A DNA stretch of 64,000 bases from Octopus sinensis (taxonomy: Eukaryota): assembly GCF_006345805.1 (NCBI RefSeq), contig NC_043015.1, forward strand, positions 31,930,001-31,994,000. The letters are read 5' to 3'. Each line of letters starts with the position of its first letter. Within the stretch, counting starts at the first letter, position 1. Both the position numbers and the translations under genes were made by a program. Below are positions 53,601-62,998 of the stretch, in pieces. The notes below the pieces were generated by a model. That model did no database searches. It was not told the origin of the DNA and was given only the letters and a program-made list of their open reading frames with translations.

Positions 53601-56600
53601 TTTTGAAACATCAAACAGCTATGAGGGTCCATTCAATTAAATTAGGGATCAAAGGGGTTCATAATTAGAAAATGGTTGAGATTCACTGTCCTGCAGTGTG
53701 GTCACATTTAACAATGAAGGCAGTGGGTTTATAGTATGATATTGTAAAGGCCTACCTTGATGAAACATTGATTGCTACCATGTGTTATACAGTGGTGAAG
53801 ATAGAGCACCTACAGAGTGATGTATGACAGTGCAGGTAAAGGACCTACAGGGTGGTGTATGGCAGTGGAGGTAAAGGACCTACAGGGTGATGTATGGCAG
53901 TGGAGGTGTATGGTAGTGAAGGTAGGGAACTTGTAGAGCCATGTTGATAATATTGTCGTATGTCTACAAAGTATTTTTCCATTTTTGAATTTCCAGAATT
54001 GAAGAATCCTTTGCACCGATGCCATGTCCAGTGTTCTAAAATGGTGCAGTTCATAAGCCAACTGCAGTATTACATAAACTTTGAGGTAAGCAGTATTTCT
54101 GGTCACCCTTGCATCCGTGATGTATAATAATAATAATAAAACATTGTGTACAGTGCTCAGGTGCATTACAACTCATCTAAAGTGTATGTATAGTACATAG
54201 GGTAATGTACAAGCGTCAGGAAAAGAACAGTGCATGAGTCATGACATACACATATGTGTATGAGTATGGAAGGGGGGCAATCAGGTGTAGTTTCGGCGGA
54301 TTTTGGAAAGCATGAGGGCCTTAAAGGATGCAGTGTCATGGCAGTCGACAACTGACGCAGGCAGTTTGTTCCATGCTTCAGCAACTCTGAGCGTGAAAAA
54401 ATGTTTCCGAAAGTCATGGGAGCTGTGCTGTTTTCTGACTTTGTAGGCATGTCCAGGGTTAGATAAATGCATTCAACAAAAATGTTTATGAAATCTTGTT
54501 AGATTATGTTTTACTTTATCATGAAGCTTGTGTTGATAGAACTTACTGGTGTTTCTCCACCTGTCTTAGAGCCATTTCTATGTGATACCAAAAGGAATAA
54601 CTGTTTAATTACTTGAGCTTATTTATCTCTTGAATTTGTGGCTGGGAAGAAATATGTTGAGTCGAGATAAAGAGTTGTCCGTTCTTCTTTCTAGGTTCTG
54701 GAATGTTCTTGGGATAAATTGGTGAATGAAGTGAAGAAATCTAAAGATTTAAATGACATCATAAAGGCACATGATTTGTTCTTGGAAGAAATTACGACCG
54801 GATGTTTATTGAACAAAGACTCTTATGTAAGTTGTTGTTGTTACTGTTGTTGTTCTTACAATCCATCTTTTAAGATGTACCTCATCCCAAATTTGGTCCA
54901 TCAGTTATATGACAGATGATAGTTCCAGCTGTGACCATCACCTGGCTTGAAACTATCATCAGACTTAGCTGACTGCTACATTTTCTTTATCTGCTTTTGA
55001 GATTATTAGTGACAGGAGTTGAACTCGTGTGTGTGTATATATGTTGTTGTTGTTAGTATCCTCTTGTCATTCAGATTTCTCTGTCCAATGTAATTCTTAT
55101 TCATCATCATCATTTAACGTCTGCTTTCCATGCTAGCATGGGTTGGACGGTTCGACTGGGGTCTGGGAAGCCAGGAGGCTGCACCAGGCTCCAGTCTGAT
55201 CTGGCAGTGTTTCTACAGCTGGATGCCATTCCTAACGCCAATCACTCCGTGAGTGTAGTGGGTGCTTTTTACGTGCCACTGGCGGCTGGCAAACGGCCAT
55301 GATCGGATGGTGCATTTTACGTGCCATTGAATTAGTCATGCACTATGTCACAGCTTTGAGATTTCAATGATGTGATTGTTTTAGAATGACATTGCAGGTT
55401 AAGTGTGAGAAGTCAGATCTGGCCAGATTGAAGATACAACAGGAGATTATTTTGGCCGGATATGGTCAGTTAAATACTAAAAAGTGTAACCTTAACATTT
55501 CCTATTCCAGTGTTCATGTTTCCAACATTCTTACAAATTGGATTCCATCTTGTTTTGTTCTTTTTTTGTCTACAGAAAATCTCAGAACAGCTTCGTAGTA
55601 TTTTTGATTTAATTATCAAATTCCAAGTTGAACTGGAAAAGATGTATAAATTAATTAATGAGGAGAAACTAAGACGGGCAGAGATTGAATCTGCGAGAAA
55701 AAGGAAAACAAATAAGGTAAATGTATTTCTCATAATTTTAGATTTTACTTTAACTATTTTATATACGTATATGTGGAGGCGCAATGGCCCAGTTGTTAGG
55801 GCAGTGGACTCGTGGTTGTAGGATCGCGGTTTCGATTCTCAGACCAGGTGTTGTGAGTGTTTATTGAGCGAAAACGCCTAAAGCTCCACGAGGCTCCGCC
55901 AGGGGGTGGTGGCGATCCCTGCTGTACTCTTTCGCCACAACTTTCTCTCACTCTTTCTTCTGTTGGCCTGCTCGCTTAGCCAGCGTCATTTGGAGGCTAA
56001 AACAATGTGAAGCGCATTGTGACCAGCGATGTGTAGCAACATCTGATAGCCTGGTCAGTCACGGTGATCACGGTCATATACATATATAAAGTGTGTGTGT
56101 GTTCATTAGCAGTGTATCTTGAAGCCACTTCAGTCAGAAATAGTTGCCTATAATGTATTGGGTTAAAATTCTTTAGCCAGATAACTGACCGCTGGACTCA
56201 TACCATGCATTTTATGGATTGTAGGACATCCCACAAATATCGTTTCTGTTTTTTTTTTTACCTGATCCAAGGGGCTTCCACTCTGTATTATAAGCTGTTT
56301 TTTATAGCTGAATTCACTTTGAGATACATTATTAGTAAAGGTTTATACATTTCTTGATGTTTGTACAATTGCATTCTAAGCATACAGGGTGTCCCTAAAA
56401 CATGTAAAAACTTTGCTGTTATTTGTAACAAGTCAAACAAACTTTATTCATTGATAAAAGTTTGAATGTTGTTTACCAAAGTGAGACAATCTTGTTTTCT
56501 GACCCTCACTACCTTTCGTTTCAGTAATTCACTGGGGTAGATTTTAATCAACACTATCTGGGTTTTTTTCTGTTTTCTAGGGTGCATGGGCCTTAACTGC

Positions 56601-58103
56601 TGCTGAAGAAGCTCATGACGCAAAGATGCGAGAGATGTTCCAGGCAAAGGTCCACAGCTGTACCACCGAATTTAATGTATTGGGCACCACGTATGAGGTA
56701 GGTTGGCTAGGTTTGTTGCACCCTGTTGTATACACTGTGGGTTTGCTGCAATTCTTGTTCAGACTGTAGTATGTTTGTGGTATTAAGAGCAATGTGTGTG
56801 GATGTTTACACAGGTTGTAGTGTGACTTGGATATATAGAGTGTAGTGCACGTGTGGTGGTGGTTTGACTTTGGTACAGATATAGTTTAGGTGGGGGGGGG
56901 GGCTATTGTTAAGAGTGTGGTGGGATTGAGGTATAAGTTGTAGCATGTATATTGTGTGGTACGATTAGCGTATATGTTGTAGTGTGGTGTGTGTGATTGT
57001 GGTAAAGGGCACAGTGTGTGTAGCGTGACTTGGGAATAGGCCAGCTTGGGTTTAGAATATGAAGTGTGTGACAACTGTTACATAGGTGGTTGTTGTAACG
57101 TGCGTGTAAGAAGTTCTCTCTGCAGTTATGAGGCTCTGAGTTCAATACCATTATGTGATGATGGTGATATCTGTGTGTGTGTGTGTATATATAAATTAGC
57201 AGCAGCGCCAGCTTTGTAAACATTGACCACATACTCTGGTGTCTTGAAAAATCGCCCCCCTCCCACCACCAGGGTTGCGATCAGGAGATCAGCAGGTTAA
57301 ACTGTAAATAAGCTGCCAGAAGGCAACAGGAGAAGCCACCACAGTATCATTCCTAAGGAAAAAGAGTTATGAATATTCAGACTTTGGCAAAAGGGGTCCA
57401 TAATTTCCAATGCCTGCAGGAATGACACAGGGTGGGTGGGGGTGGGGAGAGAATACCAGAGTGAGGACGAGAGAGGGTATTATAGTGTTTTTGTACAGTG
57501 TGTTTGTATTGTATGACATTTAGTACAATGTGTGTGTATATCATATACTGTTTGGAACAATATATGTATATCACAATGTTTGGTACAATGTATGTATATC
57601 AGAGTGTTTGGTACACTGTGTGTATATTATATAGTGTTTGGTACAATGTATGTATATTATATAGTGTTTGGTACACTGTGTATATATTATATAGTGTTTG
57701 GTACAATGTATGTATATCATAGTGTTAGGTACAATGTATGTATATGACTTTGGTATTGTGTGTGTATGGTATACAGTGTTAGTATATTGTATATTGATAC
57801 AGTGTATTATATTATGCTATATTATATTAATGCATGTGTGCGTTGAGAAATTCTTCAAATGCTGCTCTGACAGCAATGACGTTTGAGGCAGGAACGAATC
57901 CTTTCCATTCTTTGCTTTTTTTCTTCCTGTATTTACAGTCAATGGTTCAGCGGTTCCTGGATTTGTTGGGTATCAGTAAATTCAACGTGGACCACAAGTT
58001 GCAGTATCTCTGTTACAGATTGGATTTCAATGAGCATTACAAGACTCTTGGCTCAATGAAAGGCATGTACAGCCAATATATTAATGGCATTGAGACATAT
58101 TAA
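16181..58103 (+). CDS. TUBGCP3: Gamma-tubulin complex component 3 (GCP3/Spc98 family), 26 coding exons, 898 aa
   Basis: The spliced translation matches recalled GCP3 motifs: [127 protein letters not shown]. All 25 introns are GT-AG, phases join, and the exon sum of 2697 nt is one open frame. Confidence 0.96.
16554..17205. repeat. Long inverted repeat in intron 1
   Basis: Arms about 16554-16730 and 17020-17205, including mirrored microsatellites. Confidence 0.85.
19655..19920 (+). mobile_element. mariner transposase C-terminal relic
   Basis: YHFL...[16 protein letters not shown]...[25 protein letters not shown]. Confidence 0.8.
20262..20307 (+). CDS. TUBGCP3: TUBGCP3 exon 2 ([15 protein letters not shown])
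   Basis: cttttcag acceptor, gtaagt donor, phase 1 to 2; resembles FQYAVRVIGS. Confidence 0.85.
22814..22848 (-). ncRNA. Minimal type I hammerhead ribozyme motif, intact core
   Basis: GUUU CUGACGA A GAGC-UCC-GCUC GAA ACGU U AAAC. Confidence 0.7.
23724..24113 (-). mobile_element. hAT (Charlie/Buster-like) transposase C-terminal dimerisation-domain relic
   Basis: [30 protein letters not shown], then frameshift to [21 protein letters not shown]...QVSH. Confidence 0.85.
25306..25472. mobile_element. Palindromic Penelope-like terminal-repeat fragment with two decayed hammerheads
   Basis: 80-bp arms, 7 mismatches, 7-nt loop. Confidence 0.7.
27125..27186 (+). CDS. TUBGCP3: TUBGCP3 exon 3 ([21 protein letters not shown])
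   Basis: ctttcag/gtaagt, phase 2 to 1; resembles DEFLVAEKIKKEL. Confidence 0.9.
29477..29818 (-). mobile_element. Family B retroposon, minus orientation
   Basis: Other - copies at about 10001-10200, 26402-26720, 34477-34900, 40692-40965, 44365-44575, 55103-55325 and 59598-59885. Confidence 0.8.
30281..30348 (+). CDS. TUBGCP3: TUBGCP3 exon 4 ([23 protein letters not shown])
   Basis: attgcag/gtaagt, phase 1 to 0. Confidence 0.85.
31031..31108 (+). CDS. TUBGCP3: TUBGCP3 exon 5 ([26 protein letters not shown])
   Basis: gtttcag/gtaatt, phase 0 to 0; resembles LKNKWSILYLLLSL. Confidence 0.85.
31225..32580 (-). mobile_element. Internally deleted Helitron (RepHel relic plus 3' hairpin-CTAG end)
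   Basis: [74 protein letters not shown]; 3' end CCTAGGCAACACCGGG..CTAG|T at 31225. Confidence 0.85.
32175..32393. mobile_element. hAT-type MITE nested in the Helitron ORF
   Basis: TIR CAGTG(G/C)TTTTCAA; 8-bp TSD CTCTAGAT / CTCTCGAT. Confidence 0.85.
33688..33911 (-). mobile_element. SINE family C
   Basis: 13-bp TSD AGGGTACAGTATG at 33675-33687 and 33912-33924. Confidence 0.85.
34220..34407 (+). CDS. TUBGCP3: TUBGCP3 exon 6 ([10 protein letters not shown]...[17 protein letters not shown])
   Basis: ctccgcag/gtaagc, phase 0 to 2; open; LFGQSL, STP and SSGFSS resemble the GCP3 linker. Confidence 0.85.
35201..35277 (+). CDS. TUBGCP3: TUBGCP3 exon 7 ([26 protein letters not shown])
   Basis: tttattaaag/gtaagt; open; supplies the required phase 2 to 1 bridge; low-conservation linker, so supported by splice signals and frame only. 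Confidence 0.65.
35730..35943 (+). mobile_element. RTE LINE 3' end
   Basis: [43 protein letters not shown]; (CAAGT)n tail. Confidence 0.7.
36665..37080 (+). mobile_element. Helitron-like non-autonomous element with internal tandem duplication, nested in a TTAA MITE (36555-37242)
   Basis: TCTCTATATATATAAA start; two ~140-bp related units (36680-36810, 36821-36978). Confidence 0.5.
37401..37496 (+). CDS. TUBGCP3: TUBGCP3 exon 8 ([32 protein letters not shown])
   Basis: tttgttatag/gtaagg; open, symmetric phase 1 to 1; linker region, no homology support. Confidence 0.6.
37931..38049 (+). CDS. TUBGCP3: TUBGCP3 exon 9 ([25 protein letters not shown]...)
   Basis: Start of GRIP1 domain; tttttcag/gtaagt. 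Confidence 0.95.
39404..39529 (+). CDS. TUBGCP3: TUBGCP3 exon 10 ([27 protein letters not shown]...GLVEQ)
   Basis: GWLHNKI motif; ttggcag/gtaaga. Confidence 0.95.
40340..40408 (+). CDS. TUBGCP3: TUBGCP3 exon 11 ([23 protein letters not shown])
   Basis: Near-identical to the GCP3 motif; ttgtag/gtaact. Confidence 0.95.
40433..40652. mobile_element. piggyBac-like TTAA MITE
   Basis: TTAA|CCCTTTA...TGAAGGG|TTAA; family copies at 30584-30792, 36555-37242, 48151-48367 and 63415-63593. Confidence 0.8.
42126..42252 (+). CDS. TUBGCP3: TUBGCP3 exon 12 (LHQEKQG...[28 protein letters not shown])
   Basis: attccag/gtaagt, phase 0 to 1. Confidence 0.95.
42680..43065 (+). mobile_element. MULE (Mutator-like) transposase relic
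   Basis: LLMYFDCTY...[41 protein letters not shown], frameshifted. Confidence 0.7.
43429..43523 (+). CDS. TUBGCP3: TUBGCP3 exon 13 ([32 protein letters not shown])
   Basis: ctcccag/gtaacc, phase 1 to 0. Confidence 0.95.
44874..44948 (+). CDS. TUBGCP3: TUBGCP3 exon 14 ([25 protein letters not shown])
   Basis: RWIYDG motif; cttccag/gtaaga. Confidence 0.95.
45086..45463 (-). mobile_element. SINE family A nested in a TTAA MITE
   Basis: Interrupts the MITE sequence running from about 45042 to 45600. Confidence 0.75.
46267..46337 (+). pseudogene. tRNA-Glu(TTC) pseudogene
   Basis: Anticodon arm CCTGG-CTTTCAC-CCAGG, T arm CCGGG-TTCGATT-CCTGG, D arm GTCT...AGGAT; acceptor 5' strand TTACATG has a mismatch and invariant U8 is missing. 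Confidence 0.8.
46989..47096 (+). CDS. TUBGCP3: TUBGCP3 exon 15 (FFVACNPK...[20 protein letters not shown])
   Basis: MIPSF motif; tttacag/gtcagt. Confidence 0.95.
47336..47438 (+). CDS. TUBGCP3: TUBGCP3 exon 16 ([15 protein letters not shown]...)
   Basis: GKSIxFLH motif; gtttag/gtgcga, phase 0 to 1. Confidence 0.92.
47581..47708 (+). CDS. TUBGCP3: TUBGCP3 exon 17 (AESMFTQ...[23 protein letters not shown])
   Basis: attttag/gtaagc, phase 1 to 0. Confidence 0.95.
48582..48646 (+). CDS. TUBGCP3: TUBGCP3 exon 18 ([21 protein letters not shown])
   Basis: GRIP2 hallmark motif; tttttag/gtaagt, phase 0 to 2. Confidence 0.95.
50346..50481 (+). CDS. TUBGCP3: TUBGCP3 exon 19 ([33 protein letters not shown]...LDVKMME)
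   Basis: cttcag/gtttgt, phase 2 to 0. Confidence 0.95.
50537..50938 (+). mobile_element. SINE family C, head-to-tail dimer
   Basis: Full unit plus 5'-truncated unit inside one 16-bp TSD ATATATTATGGATTGA (50521-50536, 50939-50954). Confidence 0.85.
51853..51921 (+). CDS. TUBGCP3: TUBGCP3 exon 20 ([23 protein letters not shown])
   Basis: GWDVFSL motif; tttgcag/gtaagt. Confidence 0.96.
51992..52241. mobile_element. Palindromic Penelope-like terminal-repeat fragment
   Basis: 95-bp arms (51992-52086, 52147-52241) with 4 mismatches; hammerhead in the spacer. Confidence 0.7.
52078..52128 (-). ncRNA. Minimal type I hammerhead ribozyme motif with G3:C8 core swap
   Basis: UUUGUCA GUGAACA G GUCGC-GGUCCCAAA-GCGAC GAA AAUAUU U UGACAAA: 7-bp stem I, 5-bp stem II, palindromic stem III. 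Confidence 0.7.
52527..52662 (+). CDS. TUBGCP3: TUBGCP3 exon 21 ([27 protein letters not shown]...)
   Basis: [11 protein letters not shown] motif; cgttag/gtgaga, phase 0 to 1. Confidence 0.96.
53806..53920. repeat. 35-bp minisatellite, about 3 units
   Basis: GGACCTACAGGGTG recurs at 53841 and 53876, with a variant at 53806. Confidence 0.85.
53997..54085 (+). CDS. TUBGCP3: TUBGCP3 exon 22 ([30 protein letters not shown])
   Basis: tttccag/gtaagc, phase 1 to 0. Confidence 0.95.
54190..54475 (-). mobile_element. CR1-like LINE 3' end
   Basis: [37 protein letters not shown]...SFKA. Confidence 0.8.
54695..54826 (+). CDS. TUBGCP3: TUBGCP3 exon 23 ([10 protein letters not shown]...[23 protein letters not shown])
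   Basis: tttctag/gtaagt. Confidence 0.95.
55576..55716 (+). CDS. TUBGCP3: TUBGCP3 exon 24 ([17 protein letters not shown]...RKRKTNK)
   Basis: tctacag/gtaaat. Confidence 0.93.
55773..56076 (+). mobile_element. tRNA-headed SINE (family D, alternative tail)
   Basis: Copy of 2267-2570, ending CACGGTGAT. Confidence 0.8.
56581..56697 (+). CDS. TUBGCP3: TUBGCP3 exon 25 ([15 protein letters not shown]...LGTTYE)
   Basis: Resembles GQWGVTAAEE; ttttctag/gtaggt. Confidence 0.92.
57525..57775. repeat. 30-bp minisatellite, about 8 units
   Basis: ATAGTGTTTGGTACA recurs at 57631, 57661 and 57691, with a variant at 57601. Confidence 0.85.
57939..58103 (+). CDS. TUBGCP3: TUBGCP3 exon 26, terminal ([10 protein letters not shown]...[13 protein letters not shown]...IETY*)
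   Basis: RLDFNEHY motif; tttacag acceptor, TAA stop. Confidence 0.95.
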   Translation, partial: SMVQRFLDLLGISKFNVDHKLQYLCYRLDFNEHYKTLGSMKGMYSQYINGIETY

Positions 58104-58358
58104 TGTTCTGTAAACTGGCAGAAAAAAAAATCTTTCTCACTTGGTCAATTAGCGGGGCCCATATTAATGGGAATTCGTGACCAAGCAACAAATACAGCTT
58201 CTTGAAAATTAGCTACAATTAACACAACGACATCTGACAACAGTACTTGTACATGCACCACAAATGCACACTCATGCATAAGCACACATGCACACCTGCA
58301 CACAGGTGTGCACATGTGCATGCGTGCTCACACACACAGTTGTTTTATTCAGGTTATA

Positions 58359-58364
58359 AATAAA
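58359..58364 (+). terminator. Candidate polyadenylation signal of TUBGCP3
   Basis: AATAAA about 255 nt after the stop, followed by a TG-rich tract. Confidence 0.45.
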
Positions 58365-58850
58365 TTGTATTTGCGTGTATGTGCTGTATGTGTGTGTGTG
58401 TATGTGAGCTGGTATATGTGTGTGTATGTGTGCTGTGTAAGTGATATGATCCTGAGTCTGTGATACAGGTTTGGTTCCTGGTTAAGCAATTTCATTTACA
58501 CCACCACCAAAGTATGCTGAGGTCATCAACAAACTGGAAAGTGTTGCAACTCGTCTCAGTGACACCTAGTGCCTACATGAGCCCTAAATTTCTGACCCAT
58601 TAAAGGTTGTTATAGAACATTTTAATTTCAATTTCCTATTGTTGTTGTTGTTGTTGTTAAGCTCTGGGTCAGTCCTGATCCAGCAGATCTGTGTTCCAAC
58701 CATGACCATCTTGCCTTTTATACAAATATAATGTCTCATTGAGACCTTTCTTTTCAAAGATGATGTGTGTGATTTCATGGAGATTTGACTGCTATTTTTA
58801 GCAAGTCAGGTGACTGTATAGAAGCTGTATATTTGTGAATATATTGTGTA

Positions 58851-59118
58851 TGTGGTCTGATCAATAAGTGTTCGGACTGTTGCCATAGTTACAAAGCTAA
58901 AGTATGCAGAATAAATGCATTTGGCAAAGACTGATCTTGAACTCTGCTGAACATGCACACTAAGTTTTAACGTCCTAGCTCACTTCCTCTGTTTACAGCA
59001 GTGCTTGGAAGGAAGGTGTGTAGTGTGTGATTGCCGCATTGACCATGATGGAAAAAGTTGAGCAAGGAAATCTGCATCAAATTTTGCCAAAAGCTTGGCA
59101 ATACCTGCTCAGAGGCCT
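58851..59118 (+). mobile_element. mariner 5' end relic
   Basis: TA + TGTGGTCTGATCAATAAG terminus; MMEKVEQ..ICIKFCQKLGNTCSEAY, frameshifted. Confidence 0.75.
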
Positions 59119-60265
59119 ATACATATGTATATTGTTATATTTTTGTTTATTATATAGACAGCACTGTGAAGTGCTCAGATAGACAACCTGAGTCATTAGA
59201 TACATACATATATTATATCTAAAAGAATTCAGGTAGGTTCAACAATTTAGAATAATAATACAAGATTTACTCAACCATAAAACTGGTTTTTGCAAATTAT
59301 TAAAATATATTTAATGCATCACTCATTAGAATATTTAAAGAATATTAAAAATTTAAAGATACATAAATATATAAAAATATAATCGATTGAAAAAATGGTT
59401 TGAAAATTTGGTCTTTTCTCATTGTCATTTGGCAATATAATCCAGTTAAATGTTTTATGCTTCCTAAATTTCTGTGCTTGTCTGCTAAATTTTCTATTGG
59501 AAGTGGTAGGGAACAGTTCTATGCTCAGAATTTAGCTCCACTGTTGAGCAGGCACAGCAGTTAGTGAATGAGTCCGTCCACTTTGCCATCAAAACATCAT
59601 CATCATCGTTTAACATCTGCTTTCCATGCTAGCATGGGTTGGACGATTTGACTGAGGGCTGGCGAACCAGATGGCTGCACCAGGCTCTAATTTGATCTGG
59701 CAGAGTTTCTACTGCTGGATGCCCTTCCTAACACCAACCACTCTGAGAGTGTAGTGGGTGCTTTTACGTGCCGCCGGCACGAAGGCCAGTCAGGCGGTAC
59801 TGGCAACGGCCATGCTCAAATGGTGCTTTTTATGTGTCACCTGCATAGGAGCCACTCCAGCGGCACTGGCAACGACCTCGCTCAGTTCAACTCACTTTTA
59901 TACACATTGGGATGCATCCAGCTCCACTTTCTGTTCTTGAGCTTGAAATGGTATTGCAAATCCTTCAGATTGTTAGATGAACAGAAGTTAGCAATTTTGC
60001 TTCCATTATCCGTGTTTGTCCCCCTTCACCACTTGATAACCAGTGTTGCTGTGTTTATGTCCCTCCTCTCTTAGCAGTTTGGCAAACGAGATCAATAGAA
60101 TAAGTACCAGGTTTAAAAAATCAAAGTACTGGGATCGATTCATTTGACTAAAAGATTCTTCAAGGCGGTGCCCCAGCATGGCCGCAGTGCAATGACTGGA
60201 ACAAGTAAACGATAAAAGGTAAAATCTTATGTGGTGTTAGCTCATCACAGCCCATAACACCGCTA

Positions 60266-62075
60266 TGTGGTGTTGGTGGAGAGGATGACAGATGAGGTGG
60301 GCGGAAGTAAGGCTTGCAGGGGCCGGCGGAAGAGTGAAAGGTGTATGCGTGGGCAGGAAGCACATATGGTCAGTTCCAGCAAAGAGGGCAAAGCGACAAG
60401 ACGTGTTGAATTCGTGAAAGTGACCACTGATTTCGCCGAGGTAAGGCCTTTTGTATATCTTTCTCCTGTTGCTTCCTTTTCTGTTTTCCTCTTCATCCAT
60501 CACACTACAAGCTATTTTGGCCCATAAAAAAAAAACCAATGATGTGTGTTGTCCGTATTTCAAACGAGATGATCAAACCATTTTGTGGTGACACAGATGT
60601 AGTCGCTTGGTTAAAGAAGATGAAGTTGGTGGCAAAGCTCCACGGTATAAGCAACCTAGCGAGTTTTATACCGCTGTACTTGGATGGTTCAAGCGTTGGC
60701 GCTGTACCTAGAGATGGAAGAGAAGGACCAACTTAGCGTGGAGAAAATAGAAATCCGTTTGATGGAGGCCTTTGCTGAGGGAATGTTTGAGGCATACGCT
60801 CGCCTGGGGAAGAGGTTGATGTATTTGCAAATGAACTCAGGAGATTGGCTAAACTGGTGGGATATGAGGGAGAATCGCTGGACCGGACAGTTAAGTTGGC
60901 GTTTGTGACTGGCTTTCCCGACCACATGTCGGTCGAGTTGCAGAAGCTGCTGAACATTCAATCGATGGCGATGGCAGACATTGTATCTCGGGCTCGCGTG
61001 CTAGTTTCGTGCTGCAGAACGATGTCTGTAGCAGCGACTGCAACAATGAAGAATGGCCGAGCAAGGAGCAGTGGGGAGGGGTCGAAGAAAGAATGCGTGT
61101 GGCCATTGAAAGGACAGTGTTTCTTGTGTCAGGGCCCGCACATGGTGCAAGACTGCGAGTTACCCAAGCCTGAGGTCATTTGCTACTGGTGTCGAGAAAT
61201 GGAGCATATAGCCAGCGAATGTCTGCGGGGAAACGGTCTGAGGGGGACTACTTGCGCCGGTAGTTGTCCCTTTGGATCAATAGAGGCACGTTTATCGTCA
61301 TTTCTTGTAGTTGATATTCTGGTTGAGGGGAAGATGTCGCGAGCCCTTGTGGACACGGGCTGTACGACAACTCTGATGACTCCAGAAGTGGTAGAGACGT
61401 GGAGTGGAGTAAGCAGTCGACAGAAAAAAGGTATACTGCAAAGGTGTTACAGATGCACAGATTGTGGTGCAGGGAATAAGGCCGACACTGCGAGCAATTG
61501 TAGTTGGCCACTTGGTGGACGAGATTGACGTGGTGATGGGGATGGATGCAATTACCCGTTTGGGAGGTGTCACTGTTAACGAGGCTGGTGTAATGTTCGG
61601 GTTTGTGGGGAAACCGTGTATGGCGAGACCATGCACTGGGGAACTGTGAAGAAAAGCATGCTGCACACGCCATTGAAGAGCAGGACTTTCGGGCTGTCTT
61701 CGATGGCCAGAGGTGGACAGTGGAGTGGCACTGGAAGGAAGAGCCCCTGACGTTAAAAAATAAAGTGGGCTGCTGTCAGCATACTCTAAAAGGAGATGCC
61801 AGAAGTGAGTTCGAGGGGGAGGTGGAGCGGTGGATTAAGGAGGGCATATTGATCGCTTGGGAAAAAGAAGAGAGTGGAGTCCTGCCACTGATGGCGGTGA
61901 TACAGCCCACAAAGCATAAGGTTAGACCAGTGCTTGACTTCCGAGAGCACAGAGCAACAAGACGTGTTGAATTCGTGAAAGAGTGAAAAAGCTGATTTTG
62001 CCAAGGTAAGGCCTTTTGTATTTCTTTCTCCCGTTGCTTCCCTTTTCTGTTGTCCGTTTCCTCCGTCACACTTCA
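60266..62075 (+). mobile_element. Defective Ty3/Gypsy LTR retrotransposon
   Basis: 5' LTR TGTGGTG...CACTACA (60266-60509); frameshifted gag (IKPFCGDTDVVAWLKK); CX2CX3HX4C and CX2CX4HX4C knuckles; protease ALVDTG; RT start (PLMAVIQPTKHKVRPVLDFRE) fused to the 3' half of the 3' LTR (about 61951-62075). Confidence 0.9.
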
Positions 62076-62171
62076 TCTGATATGGATCCCAGTTGAGAAC
62101 CCCTGCTCGGGAAAGAGGGAAAGTAGCCAACGCTGGTGGTTTGAACTCGGTCTATGAAGGGACATAACTCA

Positions 62172-62548
62172 TTACTCTTTACTCTACTCTTTTACTTGTT
62201 TCAGTCATTTGACTGTGACCATGCTGGAGCACTGCCTTTAGTCGAGCAAATCGACCCTGGGACTTATTCTTTGTAAGCCCAGTACTTATTCTATCGGTCT
62301 CTTTTGCCGAACCGCTAAGTAACGGGGACGTAAACACACCAGTATCGATTGTCAAGCAATGCTAGGGGGACACACAGACACACAAACAATACATATACAT
62401 GACAGGCTTCTTTCAGTTTCCGTCTACCAAATCCACTCACAAGGCATTGGTCAGCCCGGGGCTATAGCAGAAGACACTTGCCCAAGTTGCCACGCAGTGG
62501 GACTGAACCCGGAACCATGTGGTTGGTTAGCAAGCTACTTACCACACT
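62172..62548 (-). mobile_element. SINE family A
   Basis: High similarity to 3074-3490. Confidence 0.8.
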
Positions 62549-62749
62549 GGCTGAATCACCCCAGGAGCTTTCAGTAAAAGGAGAAATGTCTTGTAACACA
62601 GGCGCAAGACCACAGGGAGTGGGGGAGGGCGTAGTGGACTAGACTGACCCCCACCACCAATGCAGTAAGACCTTATGTTGGAGGGGGGTAGAATAGGTTG
62701 ACTGCTCCAACTCAGGAGGATTGTTACTCTTTTATTCAGATTACTCTGT

Positions 62750-62998
62750 CAACTCAATGGTTAGAGTGTCTAGCTCACGATCATGAGATAGTGAGTTCGA
62801 TTCCCAGACCGGGTTGTGTGTTGTGTTCTTGAGCAAGACACTTTATTTTATGTTGCTCCAGTCCACTCAGCTGTAGAAATAGTTGCAATGTTACTTAGTG
62901 TCAAGCTGTATTGGTCTTTCCCTTTCCTGGACTTGTGCCTTGGAGAGTAACTTTGTAGGTGCAATTCCATGGTCATTCATGACTGAACGGAGTCCCTT
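62750..62998 (+). mobile_element. tRNA-headed SINE (further family)
   Basis: A/B-box-like head, GTGTTCTTGAGCAAGACACTT block; related minus fragments at about 32590-32745 and 36100-36300. Confidence 0.6.

Noticed and set aside
16263-57938. U12-type or non-canonical introns in TUBGCP3
   Set aside because: All 25 donors are ordinary GT (none GTATCCTT or ATATCCTT) and all acceptors are AG.
60248-60530. GCCCATAA motifs near the LTR resembling the tRNA-iMet anticodon arm (half-tRNA priming)
   Set aside because: Short, degenerate and partly on the wrong strand; not supportable without intact copies.
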